Positions 1-8,852 of a stretch of DNA of 64,000 bases are shown piece by piece (position 1 is the first letter of the stretch; the number at the start of each line of letters is the position of its first letter). This DNA is from an uncultured delta proteobacterium (lineage in GTDB: Bacteria; Desulfobacterota; Desulfobacteria; Desulfobacterales; UBA2156). The stretch covers positions 1-64,000 of the forward strand of contig CAVTQK010000014.1 of assembly GCA_963736855.1 (NCBI GenBank), in the 5' to 3' direction. The notes under the pieces are model-generated. The model was not told the DNA's origin. It made no database searches and saw only the letters and a list, made by a program, of their open reading frames with translations. Made by a program: the position numbers and the translations under genes.

Positions 1-688
1 GACTTCTCCGCCAGCCCGGATATGATCAAGGGGGTCCTGGCCTCGTCGATGAGGATACTGTCCACCTCGTCCACGATGGCATAATTCAGTTCCCTCTCGA
101 CAGGAGAAGCGGTCGAATTTCATGTTGCTGCGTAAATAGTCGAATCCGAATTCGTTGTTGGTGCCATAGGTAATATCACAGCGATAAGCTTCGTGGCGCT
201 CCCGATCGTCGATCCCGTGCACAATGGTTCCAACGGTCAACCCGAGAAAGCGATAGATATTTCCCATCCATTCCGTGTCGCGCCGTGCCAGGTAATCATT
301 CACCGTGACGATATGAACCCCTTTACGGCTCAGGGCGTTGAGATGGCGGGAAGGGTTGCAGCCAGTGTTTTTCCTTCACGGTTTTCATTTCCGCAATTAT
401 TCCCTGATGCAAGACGATTCCGCCGACCGACTGGGCATCGAAATGACGCATCTTGAGGGTGCAAACCAAGCCTCCCTAACGGTGGCAAAAGCTTCGGGAA
501 GGATCGCATCCAGAGGCTCCCCTTTCGACGCGTTCCCGATAAAGGTATGCCTGGGCTTTGAGCTGGGCATCGGACATGCCCTGCATCCGCGGCTCCAGGT
601 TGGTAATCTGGTCAACCAAGGGCACAAGCTTCTTGAGTTCTCGATCGTTCTTACTGCCGAATACTTTCGTTAAGACATTAAACAACAT
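1..688 (-). CDS. secA: Preprotein translocase SecA, 5' part (runs off window start; several apparent frameshifts)
   Basis: N-terminus [23 protein letters not shown] in another frame, and downstream DNA encoding [13 protein letters not shown] and [22 protein letters not shown]. Confidence 0.9.
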
Positions 689-851
689 GACTCAATCATC
701 TTTCAAAGCATCAAAATTGATATCCGGTAAACGAATTTTGTTATTATAACACAGACGCCCTCAGAGAAAAAGGTGCAAGGCAATCACTGGATCAGACCCG
801 TGATAAAGAGGCGGGGATGAAACTTATGACAAACCCGTAGATGGGTCAATG

Positions 852-1769
852 TTACATGAATTTTTTAGGATCTACCGGGGTACCGCCCACGATAATTTCG
901 TAATGAAGATGCGGTCCGGTGGTTCGACCGGTATCGCCCACCCTGGCGATCACCTCTCCGCGTTTGATGCGATCTCCCGGTTTTTTGTCGGCTATACTCA
1001 AGTGCCCGTATCGGGTAATGACACCATTGCCATGGTCAATGACCAGCACTTTCCCCAGGCCACCCTTACGTTCGACATTAATGACAATACCGTCCGCCGG
1101 CGATTTTATCGGCGCCCCATAATGAGAGGAAATATCCACGCCGCTATGAAATTCACGCATATCATTGAACGGTGATTGCCGCCAGCCATACCCGGAAGAA
1201 ATGTGCCCCGGCACCGGGCGTCCCGTGGGAGTGCATGAAAAGATCTCCCGCTGTCGTCCCAACAGGTCCAGAAGCTTTTCGAACTTTTTCTCCTGGTCGA
1301 TGGAGGTTTGCTGAAGCTGTTCCATCTCTTGTCGCATTTCAGAAAGGAAGTCCCCCGGCATGTTTTTGATTTCCGATTTGGGATCGACGTCCTCAGGAAG
1401 CGGTCCTCCAATGCCGTCTAATTTGGCAGTCGCTCCAAAATCCTCTTTGGCGATGAGTCTCAGCTTTTCCTCCAGAACGTACATTCGGGCCAGTTTCGAT
1501 TTTAACCAATTGATATCATAATCTAATTTTTTAATTTGGTCCCAAAGGTGTTCTGCAGATTCCTTTGCCGCGAGGCACTGTTTCCATCAGAGGCCAGCTC
1601 CATATGACGTTGTCGGAGCGAGAAATAGTCCATCATCAAAAACATCCATCCTGCAATGAGGACGATGATACAACCCGACAAAAATTTTAAGAATTTTTTA
1701 GAGAGGGTCACTTTCCTTGACGGGTCCAGTCGAATTGCTGGTTACAAAAAACGTGATCTTCTCCTTCAT
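852..1769 (-). CDS. M23 family metallopeptidase with N-terminal membrane anchor (frameshifted across ORFs 1523-1711 and 852-1484)
   Basis: HSGVD and TTGPHLHYE zinc motifs; hydrophobic segment in the upstream ORF; ATG at 1769. Confidence 0.8.
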
Positions 1770-1992
1770 GATTGTTAATTCCTTGAGGTGTTCGTTTCCT
1801 GGTTAAAGTGATCCCGGCGCCGGGTATCTCTGCACTTCCATCATAGAGCCGGGGTCAGGCGGATTGGTGTTTGGATGCCCCTTATGGGATCCGTTTCGGC
1901 CGATCGTTTTTTAAAAGGTGCTGTGTTTAAAGTCGAATCCTTTCGGCGAAACTCATAATGTGTATCCGCCGAAAGGATTCTAATTGAAAAAA

Positions 1993-2902
1993 TCAGGCAA
2001 TACCGAGCTTGAACTTCAGGGATTTCAGGGTGTTCTTCATGAGCATGGTGATGGTCATGGGTCCGAACGCCGCCGGGAACCGGGGTGATCCATCCGGCAA
2101 TCTCCTTGGCCGCATCGAAATCCACGTCTCCCTTTGAGGATGGCAACCTTTTTGCCGGTTTTCTCGCTGATCTTTTCCCCACCCGGTTGACCCCACATCA
2201 ATGACACAGGCGCCGGGTTTGATCCATCCGGGTTTACCAGGCCGGGCACGCCGGCGGCCACGATCAGGATGTCCGCCCGTTTGCAGTGAGCGTGCCATGT
2301 CCTTGGTGCCGGGTGTGGACAACGGTCACCGTGGAATTGGCGCCCGGGCCTTTTTGGAGCATCATGTTGGCGATGGGCTTTCCGACGATGTTGGATCGTC
2401 CCACGACCACCACCTCCGCGCCGGAGGTCTCAACTCCCGAGCGCACGATCAACTCCTGGATTCCGGCCGGTGTGCAAGGCGGATACTTGACTTCCGTTCC
2501 GCCGATCATCAGACGCCCCACATTGACGGGGTGAAACCCGTCCACGTCCTTGTCCGGGTCAATGGCGTTGAGAACTTTTTTCTCGTCGATATGCTTGGGC
2601 AGCGGCAACTGGACCAGGATGCCGTTGATGGTATCATCTTTGTTGTATTTGTCGATCAGGGCCAGAAGATCTTTTTCGGAAAGCTTCTCGGACTGACTGT
2701 CCTGGACCTCCTTGAACCCAACTCGATGGCCGTTTGTATCTTCAGGGTCACATAGGAAATGGATGCGGGATTTTGCCCTACGAGGATGGTTACCAGTCCC
2801 GGAACCACACCATGTGTTCTTTTTGATCTGGGCCACTTCGGCGGTGATCTCCTCCAGAATCTTCTCCCGGACCTCTGTCCCCACAATCAATTTTGCCGGC
2901 AT
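1993..2902 (-). CDS. folD: Methylenetetrahydrofolate dehydrogenase/cyclohydrolase (apparent frameshifts)
   Basis: GILVQLPLP, KDVDGFHPVNVG, PCTPAG, VVGRSNIVGKP, ITPVPGGVG and GPMTITMLMKNT spread across frames. Confidence 0.9.
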
Positions 2903-3157
2903 GTCGCTTCTCCTTTCTTGATGGTATTAACTCCTTTATCGATTGGATTTCGCCTCCATGATCGTCTTATTCTTGAAAGCCCACATCCGTAAAGACCGAA
3001 ATGCTCCTCATGGGATCAATCTAGATCTATGTAGTGAAAAAAGATAGCCCTGTCAAGTCACGCCGCCAGAAATGCCTTTTTAATTAGGTTTGACGGTCCA
3101 ATAATCATGCCACTTACGTCGATTGAGTCTTCCTTTTTCACACAGTGCAAATATCGA

Positions 3158-4195
3158 TCATATCGGATAGGGTACACCCGTCAGCCCTGTTCTTTCCTCC
3201 AGTTTACACATCAGGTTCATGTTCTGGACCGCCTGTCCGGATGCCCCCTTTACCAGGTTATCGATGGCCGACATGAGAATGATCCGTCCGGCCTCTTTGT
3301 CGATGACGAACCCGATATCGCAGAAATTGGTCCCCCGGACATGCAGCGTATCCGGAACGACCCCGTTCCCGCGGATCCGGATGAACGGTTTCCGGCCGTA
3401 ATGGCTTTCAAAACATTGCGTCACCGCTTCGGGTCCCGCGTCATGTTTCAAGGTCGCATAGACCGTGGAAAGCATCCCCCTGGACACGGGCAAAAGATGC
3501 GGGACAAAGGTGATATGCACTGGGCTTCCGGCGATATGACTTAAAACCTCCTCCATTTCTGGCGCATGCCTGTGGGAACCGACACCATAAGGCTTGAAGG
3601 ATTCAGCCACTTCACAAAAAAGCGTTTTCAGGGACGGCGACCGCCCTGCCCCGCTCACTCCTGACTTGGCATCGATGATTATGCCCTCCGTCTCGACGAG
3701 GCCTTCACGGATCAGGGGGATAAGCGGCAGCATGCTGCAGGTGGGATAACATCCCGGGTTGCCCACAAGTCTCGCCTTCGCGATCTGATCTGAAAAGACC
3801 TCGCTCAACCCGTAAACCGCCTCCTTCAAAAGATCGATTGCGGTGTGGGGCTGGTAGTATCGTTCGTAGGTGGTCGGATCCCGGAACCGGAAATCCGCGG
3901 AAAGATCGATCACTTTAAGGCCCCTTCCCAGGAGCCCGGGAATGATTTCCATGGGGAGCTTGTGCGGAAGGGCTGTGAAAACCGCATCCGCCTTATACCC
4001 CACCGCATCCGGATCGAAGGCCTCCAGGGTTTTCCGTACCGCCCCGGCCAGGGCCGGATAGACCTCTGAAATTTCCTTTCCCACATATTGCGTGGAGGTC
4101 AATACCGTCAACTCAACATCCGGATGCCCGCTGAGGATGCGGACCAGTTCCGCGCCGGTATAGCCGGTCGCGCCCACGATCCCTACCCTGATCAT
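3158..4195 (-). CDS. argC: N-acetyl-gamma-glutamyl-phosphate reductase
   Basis: GATGYTG, NPGCYPT, SGVSGAGR and DNLVKGASGQAVQNMN motifs; GGAGG RBS before ATG 4195. Confidence 0.95.
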   Translation of the reverse strand: MIRVGIVGATGYTGAELVRILSGHPDVELTVLTSTQYVGKEISEVYPALAGAVRKTLEAFDPDAVGYKADAVFTALPHKLPMEIIPGLLGRGLKVIDLSADFRFRDPTTYERYYQPHTAIDLLKEAVYGLSEVFSDQIAKARLVGNPGCYPTCSMLPLIPLIREGLVETEGIIIDAKSGVSGAGRSPSLKTLFCEVAESFKPYGVGSHRHAPEMEEVLSHIAGSPVHITFVPHLLPVSRGMLSTVYATLKHDAGPEAVTQCFESHYGRKPFIRIRGNGVVPDTLHVRGTNFCDIGFVIDKEAGRIILMSAIDNLVKGASGQAVQNMNLMCKLEERTGLTGVPYPI

Positions 4196-4401
4196 CTTTT
4201 TTCCTCCCTTCCCGCGGGGATTTTCCCACAGAAATGGTATTTCATCGAACCCCATGGCCGGGATACCAGATCCACGGCAAATTTCAAGCAAAACATCAAG
4301 CTGTGTTATCCGGTTGACTCTGCACGGTCGATTTTTTATCGTCTACTTAAAAGGTGCTTTTTCAACCGATTCTTTCGACATTAGGAAGGGATGGCCAGGC
4401 C

Positions 4402-4917
4402 ATGGAAGAAAAAGTCATGGTGGTGGATGCCGAAAATCGACCCATCGGTTCCGTGCCGCGCTCCGAAATGCGGGCTAAAAACCTTTTCCATCGGGCCGTG
4501 TATATCCTGGTGTTCAACTCCCGGGGAGAGCTTTTCAGGCACCAGCGGACCTTTACCAAGGACATCTACCCCGGATATTTTGACATCGCTGCAGGAGGCG
4601 TTGTTCTGGCCGACGAGGCCTGGGAAGCGGCGGCGGCCCGGGAACTTCAGGAGGAGATGGGGATCCAAGAAGTTCCTCTGAAATTGGCCTTCGACATTTT
4701 CTTCGAGGAGCCCAACAGCAGGGTTTTCGGCCGCGTCTATACCTGCGTTTTTGACGATGACATCACACTTCAAGCCGAAGAGGTCCTCCACGGCGCATTC
4801 CTGTCCATGGAAACCATCCTGGAGGAGTCAAAACGGCTCCCCTACACTCCCGACGGATGGATGATTCTCGAGCGCTGGTTAAACACCCCGAATTCCCTCA
4901 AGACGAAAATTGATTAA
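4402..4917 (+). CDS. NUDIX hydrolase (YfcD/IDI-like)
   Basis: Nudix box GGVVLADEAWEAAAARELQEEMGI; HRAVYILVFN. Confidence 0.85.
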   Translation: MEEKVMVVDAENRPIGSVPRSEMRAKNLFHRAVYILVFNSRGELFRHQRTFTKDIYPGYFDIAAGGVVLADEAWEAAAARELQEEMGIQEVPLKLAFDIFFEEPNSRVFGRVYTCVFDDDITLQAEEVLHGAFLSMETILEESKRLPYTPDGWMILERWLNTPNSLKTKID

Positions 4918-4987
4918 AAAAATCAAATCGTCCTTACCGCCGCTTTTATCAACTTTATCCTGAGATTATGGGGATAATGCCAACACA

Positions 4988-5405
4988 GGAGATTTTCTGG
5001 GGTTCAATCCCCACCTGCATGTACTCATTTCTGACGGATGTTTCCACGAAAGCGGAATACTCACCGTGGCGCATTGGATCGATTGCCGGACTCTGGAGCA
5101 TCTCTTCAGACATTACGTGCTCCAGATGCTCCTGGAAAACGGCAATATCACCCGGGATATGATCGCCCTACTGGATCGATGGCGGCATACCGGAATCAAA
5201 ATCTATTGCAGCAAATGAACTCTTGCCGATGAATTTCAGATTGACAGCGCATTCACCTGCGCGTATGTAAAAATCCATACGCAATGAAAATGTGTGTTCC
5301 CATATCTTGGGGTTCAGGTAATGGCAAAACACAATTCATTCAATCGATCTAGCGTAACCCGAAAAAACAAGTTCTTATCACCTCACCTATCACTTTATCA
5401 CCTTA
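4988..5405 (+). mobile_element. IS91-family (HUH/Y2) transposase remnant plus conserved 3' non-coding end, copy 1
   Basis: Encodes GDFLGFNPHLHVLISDG (HUH motif); clearly homologous to about 39115-39570. Confidence 0.8.
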
Positions 5406-5520
5406 CCTCACCTTGAGTGAGGTTTATCCAGATCCGCAAATGGCTGATGTTTCTTCGGCCCATGGCATTGGAATCGCGCAATTGGGATTTTAATGATAAA
5501 AACCAGAAAGAGGAAAGATT

Positions 5521-6402
5521 ATGCCGGCCGATGTGGATGAACTTGTCGTAAGGGTCGCCGACATCTGTTCTTACAAATGGGACATGATCCGTCACAGGCC
5601 CATGGCCTATCTCATTTCAGGATTCACCGGGGGGGCCATGGTCGTATTCGGAGCAACACTGGCCCTTGCGGTGAGCGCCGGTGTTCCGGAAAAACTTGCC
5701 CCCGGACTGGCCAACCTGCTCATGGGTCTCGTGTTCATGTTCTCCCTCGTGATCATCATGGTCAGCGGCATGACCCTTGTTACGGCCGACATGTACATCG
5801 GAATAATCGGCGTTTTCCACCGCCGCATTCGCTGGGGATGGTTCGTGTGGGGCATTACGCTCGGGTACGCGGGCAACTTCCTGGGCAGCATGATCTTCAT
5901 GTGGCTCATCAGTAAGTCCGGCAGTTATGCATACATGCCCTGGCTCCTAAGGGCGCATGCCATCGGTGTGTCAAAATTGGGCCAGACCGGAACCCAGATC
6001 TTTGTCATGGGCATCGTCTGCACATGGATGCTTCAGACCGCTGCCATACTCTATGTTAAAGCTGAAGGCGACATTGCCAAGATCGCCATGGCTGCCTACG
6101 GGCCGCTTGCTTTCGTGGCCGGCATGACAGAGCACTGCATCGCCAATATCGGATTTTTAGCTCTGCCGCTTTTTCAACAAGACATTTATCTGAAGGCTGT
6201 GGCGAACATGCCAGACGTAACTCCGATCCTCCTCCGCTGGGGATTCGGTCAGTACGGTTGGGCCCACAACCAGCTCTATACGGTTTTAGGCAACCTTATC
6301 GGAGGCATACTGTTCGTGGGGATCGCATTTCAACTCGTATCCCATCCGGAGAGGGTATCGGAACTGTATAAAAACAAAACAAATTACATGCTCAAACTCT
6401 AA
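5521..6402 (+). CDS. Formate/nitrite transporter (FNT) family channel, divergent
   Basis: About 6 hydrophobic segments; GYAGNFLG, EHCIAN and TVLGNLIGG FNT motifs; LVTAD in place of LFTGN. Confidence 0.85.
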   Translation: MPADVDELVVRVADICSYKWDMIRHRPMAYLISGFTGGAMVVFGATLALAVSAGVPEKLAPGLANLLMGLVFMFSLVIIMVSGMTLVTADMYIGIIGVFHRRIRWGWFVWGITLGYAGNFLGSMIFMWLISKSGSYAYMPWLLRAHAIGVSKLGQTGTQIFVMGIVCTWMLQTAAILYVKAEGDIAKIAMAAYGPLAFVAGMTEHCIANIGFLALPLFQQDIYLKAVANMPDVTPILLRWGFGQYGWAHNQLYTVLGNLIGGILFVGIAFQLVSHPERVSELYKNKTNYMLKL

Positions 6403-6431
6403 AATCAGCAGCTTAGAGGGAGGCTTGCTAC

Positions 6432-6575
6432 ATGATGGATTATTCACCGTTTAACGCCGTTGTCTGGCTTGTCTTTGCCGGATTCGTCGCAGTCACCTAC
6501 CTGACGGTCAGGGTATTCCACGGCAAGTATCCCAAGTATCCCAATGCGAAAAAAGAAAGGGAGAAACCAAACTGA
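6432..6575 (+). CDS. Small single-pass membrane protein, 47 aa (not in the ORF track)
   Basis: GAGGGAGG RBS; MMDYSPFNAVVWLVFAGFVAVTYLTVRVFHGKYPKYPNAKKEREKPN*, one TM segment plus a basic tail. Confidence 0.65.
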   Translation: MMDYSPFNAVVWLVFAGFVAVTYLTVRVFHGKYPKYPNAKKEREKPN

Positions 6576-6699
6576 AACCTTCGCCTAAAAACGAGAGTTA
6601 TTCTTCCAATCCAAGAAATGGACAATAGTCACCCGAATGCCGGGGGGATTTCTGCACAGGGCCCCGGTGCATCGAGCTAAGGGAAAGGAGGCAAAAGAC

Positions 6700-8841
6700 A
6701 TGAAGAAGTCAGAATGGATTCCGACTGTGTGCTATCAGTGCAAGGCGGAGTGCGCCATCATAGCACGGGTTGAAGACGGAAGGGTAAAGGAAATCAGGGG
6801 AAATCCAAAGGCCCGCGGTAAGGCCTGCGTCAAGGGGATGGCAGGTGTGTCTTCGGAATATTCTCAGGATCGCCTGACCTATCCGATGAAACGCGTGGGC
6901 GAGCGCGGCGGGGGAAAATTTGAAAGAATATCCTGGGATGAGGCGATCGACATCATCTACAGGAAACTCAAAGATCTGAAGGACCGTGGGGATGCCCACA
7001 AACTGACCGCCAACTTTTTTCCCCACAGTATAACAGATCCGAAATGGCGTTTTCTAAATGCCTATGGTGGGTTTATCAATACGGCGCTTCCTCACTGTGA
7101 TTCCGCCAAAATTGTGTCATTTATTAAAACAATGGGAGGAGTTCCGAACCATCATATCCCTCCTGCATGGTTCGCAGTGCCCAAAGGAGGGATCATGATA
7201 CTGGTAGGCCGCCACGCCTTTGGCGGTCTGGAAGACGCCGCGGTGCCAAGGGACATCCTCGATGCAAAAGCCCGCGGAGCCAAACTCGTTGTCATAGACC
7301 CCATTTTTACGGCCGAGGCTGCTAAGGCCGATCAGTGGATACCCATTAAACCAAGCGGCGACACGGCGTTCTTTGTCGGTATGATCCACCACATCATAAT
7401 GAACGGCCTGTATGACAAAGACTTTGTCGAAAACTGGATCCGTGAAGGGGACTTTGAAAAATTAAAGAAGTATGTTGCAGACAAAACTCCGGAAAAAATG
7501 AGCAAAATCTGTGATGTCCCTTCTGAAACGATCAAGCAATTGGCTGTGGAATGCGCAAAGGCGCCTTCCGTGGGTGTAGACAGCTTTAAAGGCGTGATGC
7601 TCGGCAATGCCCTCGATTTTGCCCATGCATGGTGCATCTTTTTAGCGATTACCGGAAATATCGATAATCCGGGGGGACAACCGCTCCCGGATCTGACCCC
7701 CATGTCGCCGGTGGCACCCGGCCCGGCCGGCCCGGCCCTGCACGAACTGGGATGGCATCGCACCGGTCCGGATAAAGATAAATTTGCCAAATACTCTTTT
7801 ATTATGGAGCCGACATGGTACGAAGCCCAGGCGATCAAAAACGGAGGTCTGAAAGTTCTTATTACCGCAGAGTCAAATCCTGCTTTAACGGAAATGGGGC
7901 AAAAATCCTGGCAGGAAGCGGTTTGCGAAAAAGATGAAAAGGGCGACTACAAGCTCGAGTTCCTTGTCAACTTTGAGATCATGCTGTCCGATACCGCTAA
8001 GTTTGCGGATTTGGTGTTGCCGGACAAGTCCTATTTTGAACGGTGGGAGCTTCTCTACATGCCGTGGTGGTATAATTTCGGCCATGGCGTGGCATTGCGC
8101 CAGCCGGTTGTTGAACCTCCGGGAGAATGCCGGCATTCCAATGAAGTCTTTATCGAACTGGGTAAACGGCTGGTGCCGGAGTACTTTCAATTCGAAAACG
8201 ATATCGCCTATTACGACATTCAACTTGCCGGCCTGGGGCTTTCCATTAAAAAACTTCAGGAAATCGGCGGCCTCTGGTCCCCCGGCACCATGGGGTTTAG
8301 AAAATACAAAAAAGCCGGCGGGTTCGGTACACCGAGTAAGAAAGTTCACCTTTACTGGGAAGATCTCGAGGAAGCCCCCTGGAGTCAGGCCCTGCCGAGA
8401 GTGGAGCTTGCACCCGAATACAGGGTAAATGTCGAGAAATATCCGTTTATCCTTATTTCTTATCGAACCATTTTTCATTCGGGATCCGGTCAATGGACCC
8501 ATAACAACCCTCAGCTTCGAGACAGGGTATCGGGATTCCATGAAAACCCGCTGATGGTGAATCCTGCAACTGCCGGTAAATTGGGCATTTCTCAAGGGGA
8601 TCGGGTAACGGTGGAATCCCCGAGCGGAAACATTCAGGTGAAGGTCCATCTTACCGAAGGGATTCGACCCGACTGTGTAGGGCTGGGACATGGTTTCGGA
8701 TCCAGCGTCGGTCGGGTTGCAACCGTCGGCAAAGGAGTAAGCAACAACCTCCTGGTTCCTGACGCAGGCTCCACCCTGGACTGGCAGGATGTTGTAGGGG
8801 GTGAATCACATGTCTCCACGCGCGTTCGCATCGTGAAATAA
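6700..8841 (+). CDS. Mo/W-bisPGD (DMSO reductase superfamily) catalytic subunit, no Tat signal
   Basis: CYQCKAEC...C 4Fe-4S motif, RISWDEA, ADLVLPDKSYFER and C-terminal molydop-binding domain; AAGGAGG RBS before ATG 6700. Confidence 0.9.
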   Translation: MKKSEWIPTVCYQCKAECAIIARVEDGRVKEIRGNPKARGKACVKGMAGVSSEYSQDRLTYPMKRVGERGGGKFERISWDEAIDIIYRKLKDLKDRGDAHKLTANFFPHSITDPKWRFLNAYGGFINTALPHCDSAKIVSFIKTMGGVPNHHIPPAWFAVPKGGIMILVGRHAFGGLEDAAVPRDILDAKARGAKLVVIDPIFTAEAAKADQWIPIKPSGDTAFFVGMIHHIIMNGLYDKDFVENWIREGDFEKLKKYVADKTPEKMSKICDVPSETIKQLAVECAKAPSVGVDSFKGVMLGNALDFAHAWCIFLAITGNIDNPGGQPLPDLTPMSPVAPGPAGPALHELGWHRTGPDKDKFAKYSFIMEPTWYEAQAIKNGGLKVLITAESNPALTEMGQKSWQEAVCEKDEKGDYKLEFLVNFEIMLSDTAKFADLVLPDKSYFERWELLYMPWWYNFGHGVALRQPVVEPPGECRHSNEVFIELGKRLVPEYFQFENDIAYYDIQLAGLGLSIKKLQEIGGLWSPGTMGFRKYKKAGGFGTPSKKVHLYWEDLEEAPWSQALPRVELAPEYRVNVEKYPFILISYRTIFHSGSGQWTHNNPQLRDRVSGFHENPLMVNPATAGKLGISQGDRVTVESPSGNIQVKVHLTEGIRPDCVGLGHGFGSSVGRVATVGKGVSNNLLVPDAGSTLDWQDVVGGESHVSTRVRIVK

Positions 8842-8852
8842 AGGAGGAAACC

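Noticed and set aside
1..2902. Multiple frameshifts in secA, the M23 peptidase and folD as pseudogenisation or recoding
   Set aside because: secA and folD are normally essential and their motifs are intact across frames; dense small indels point to sequencing or assembly error.
5372..5412. CRISPR array
   Set aside because: Units are only 4-7 bp with no spacers; no CRISPR array or cas gene was seen anywhere in the window.
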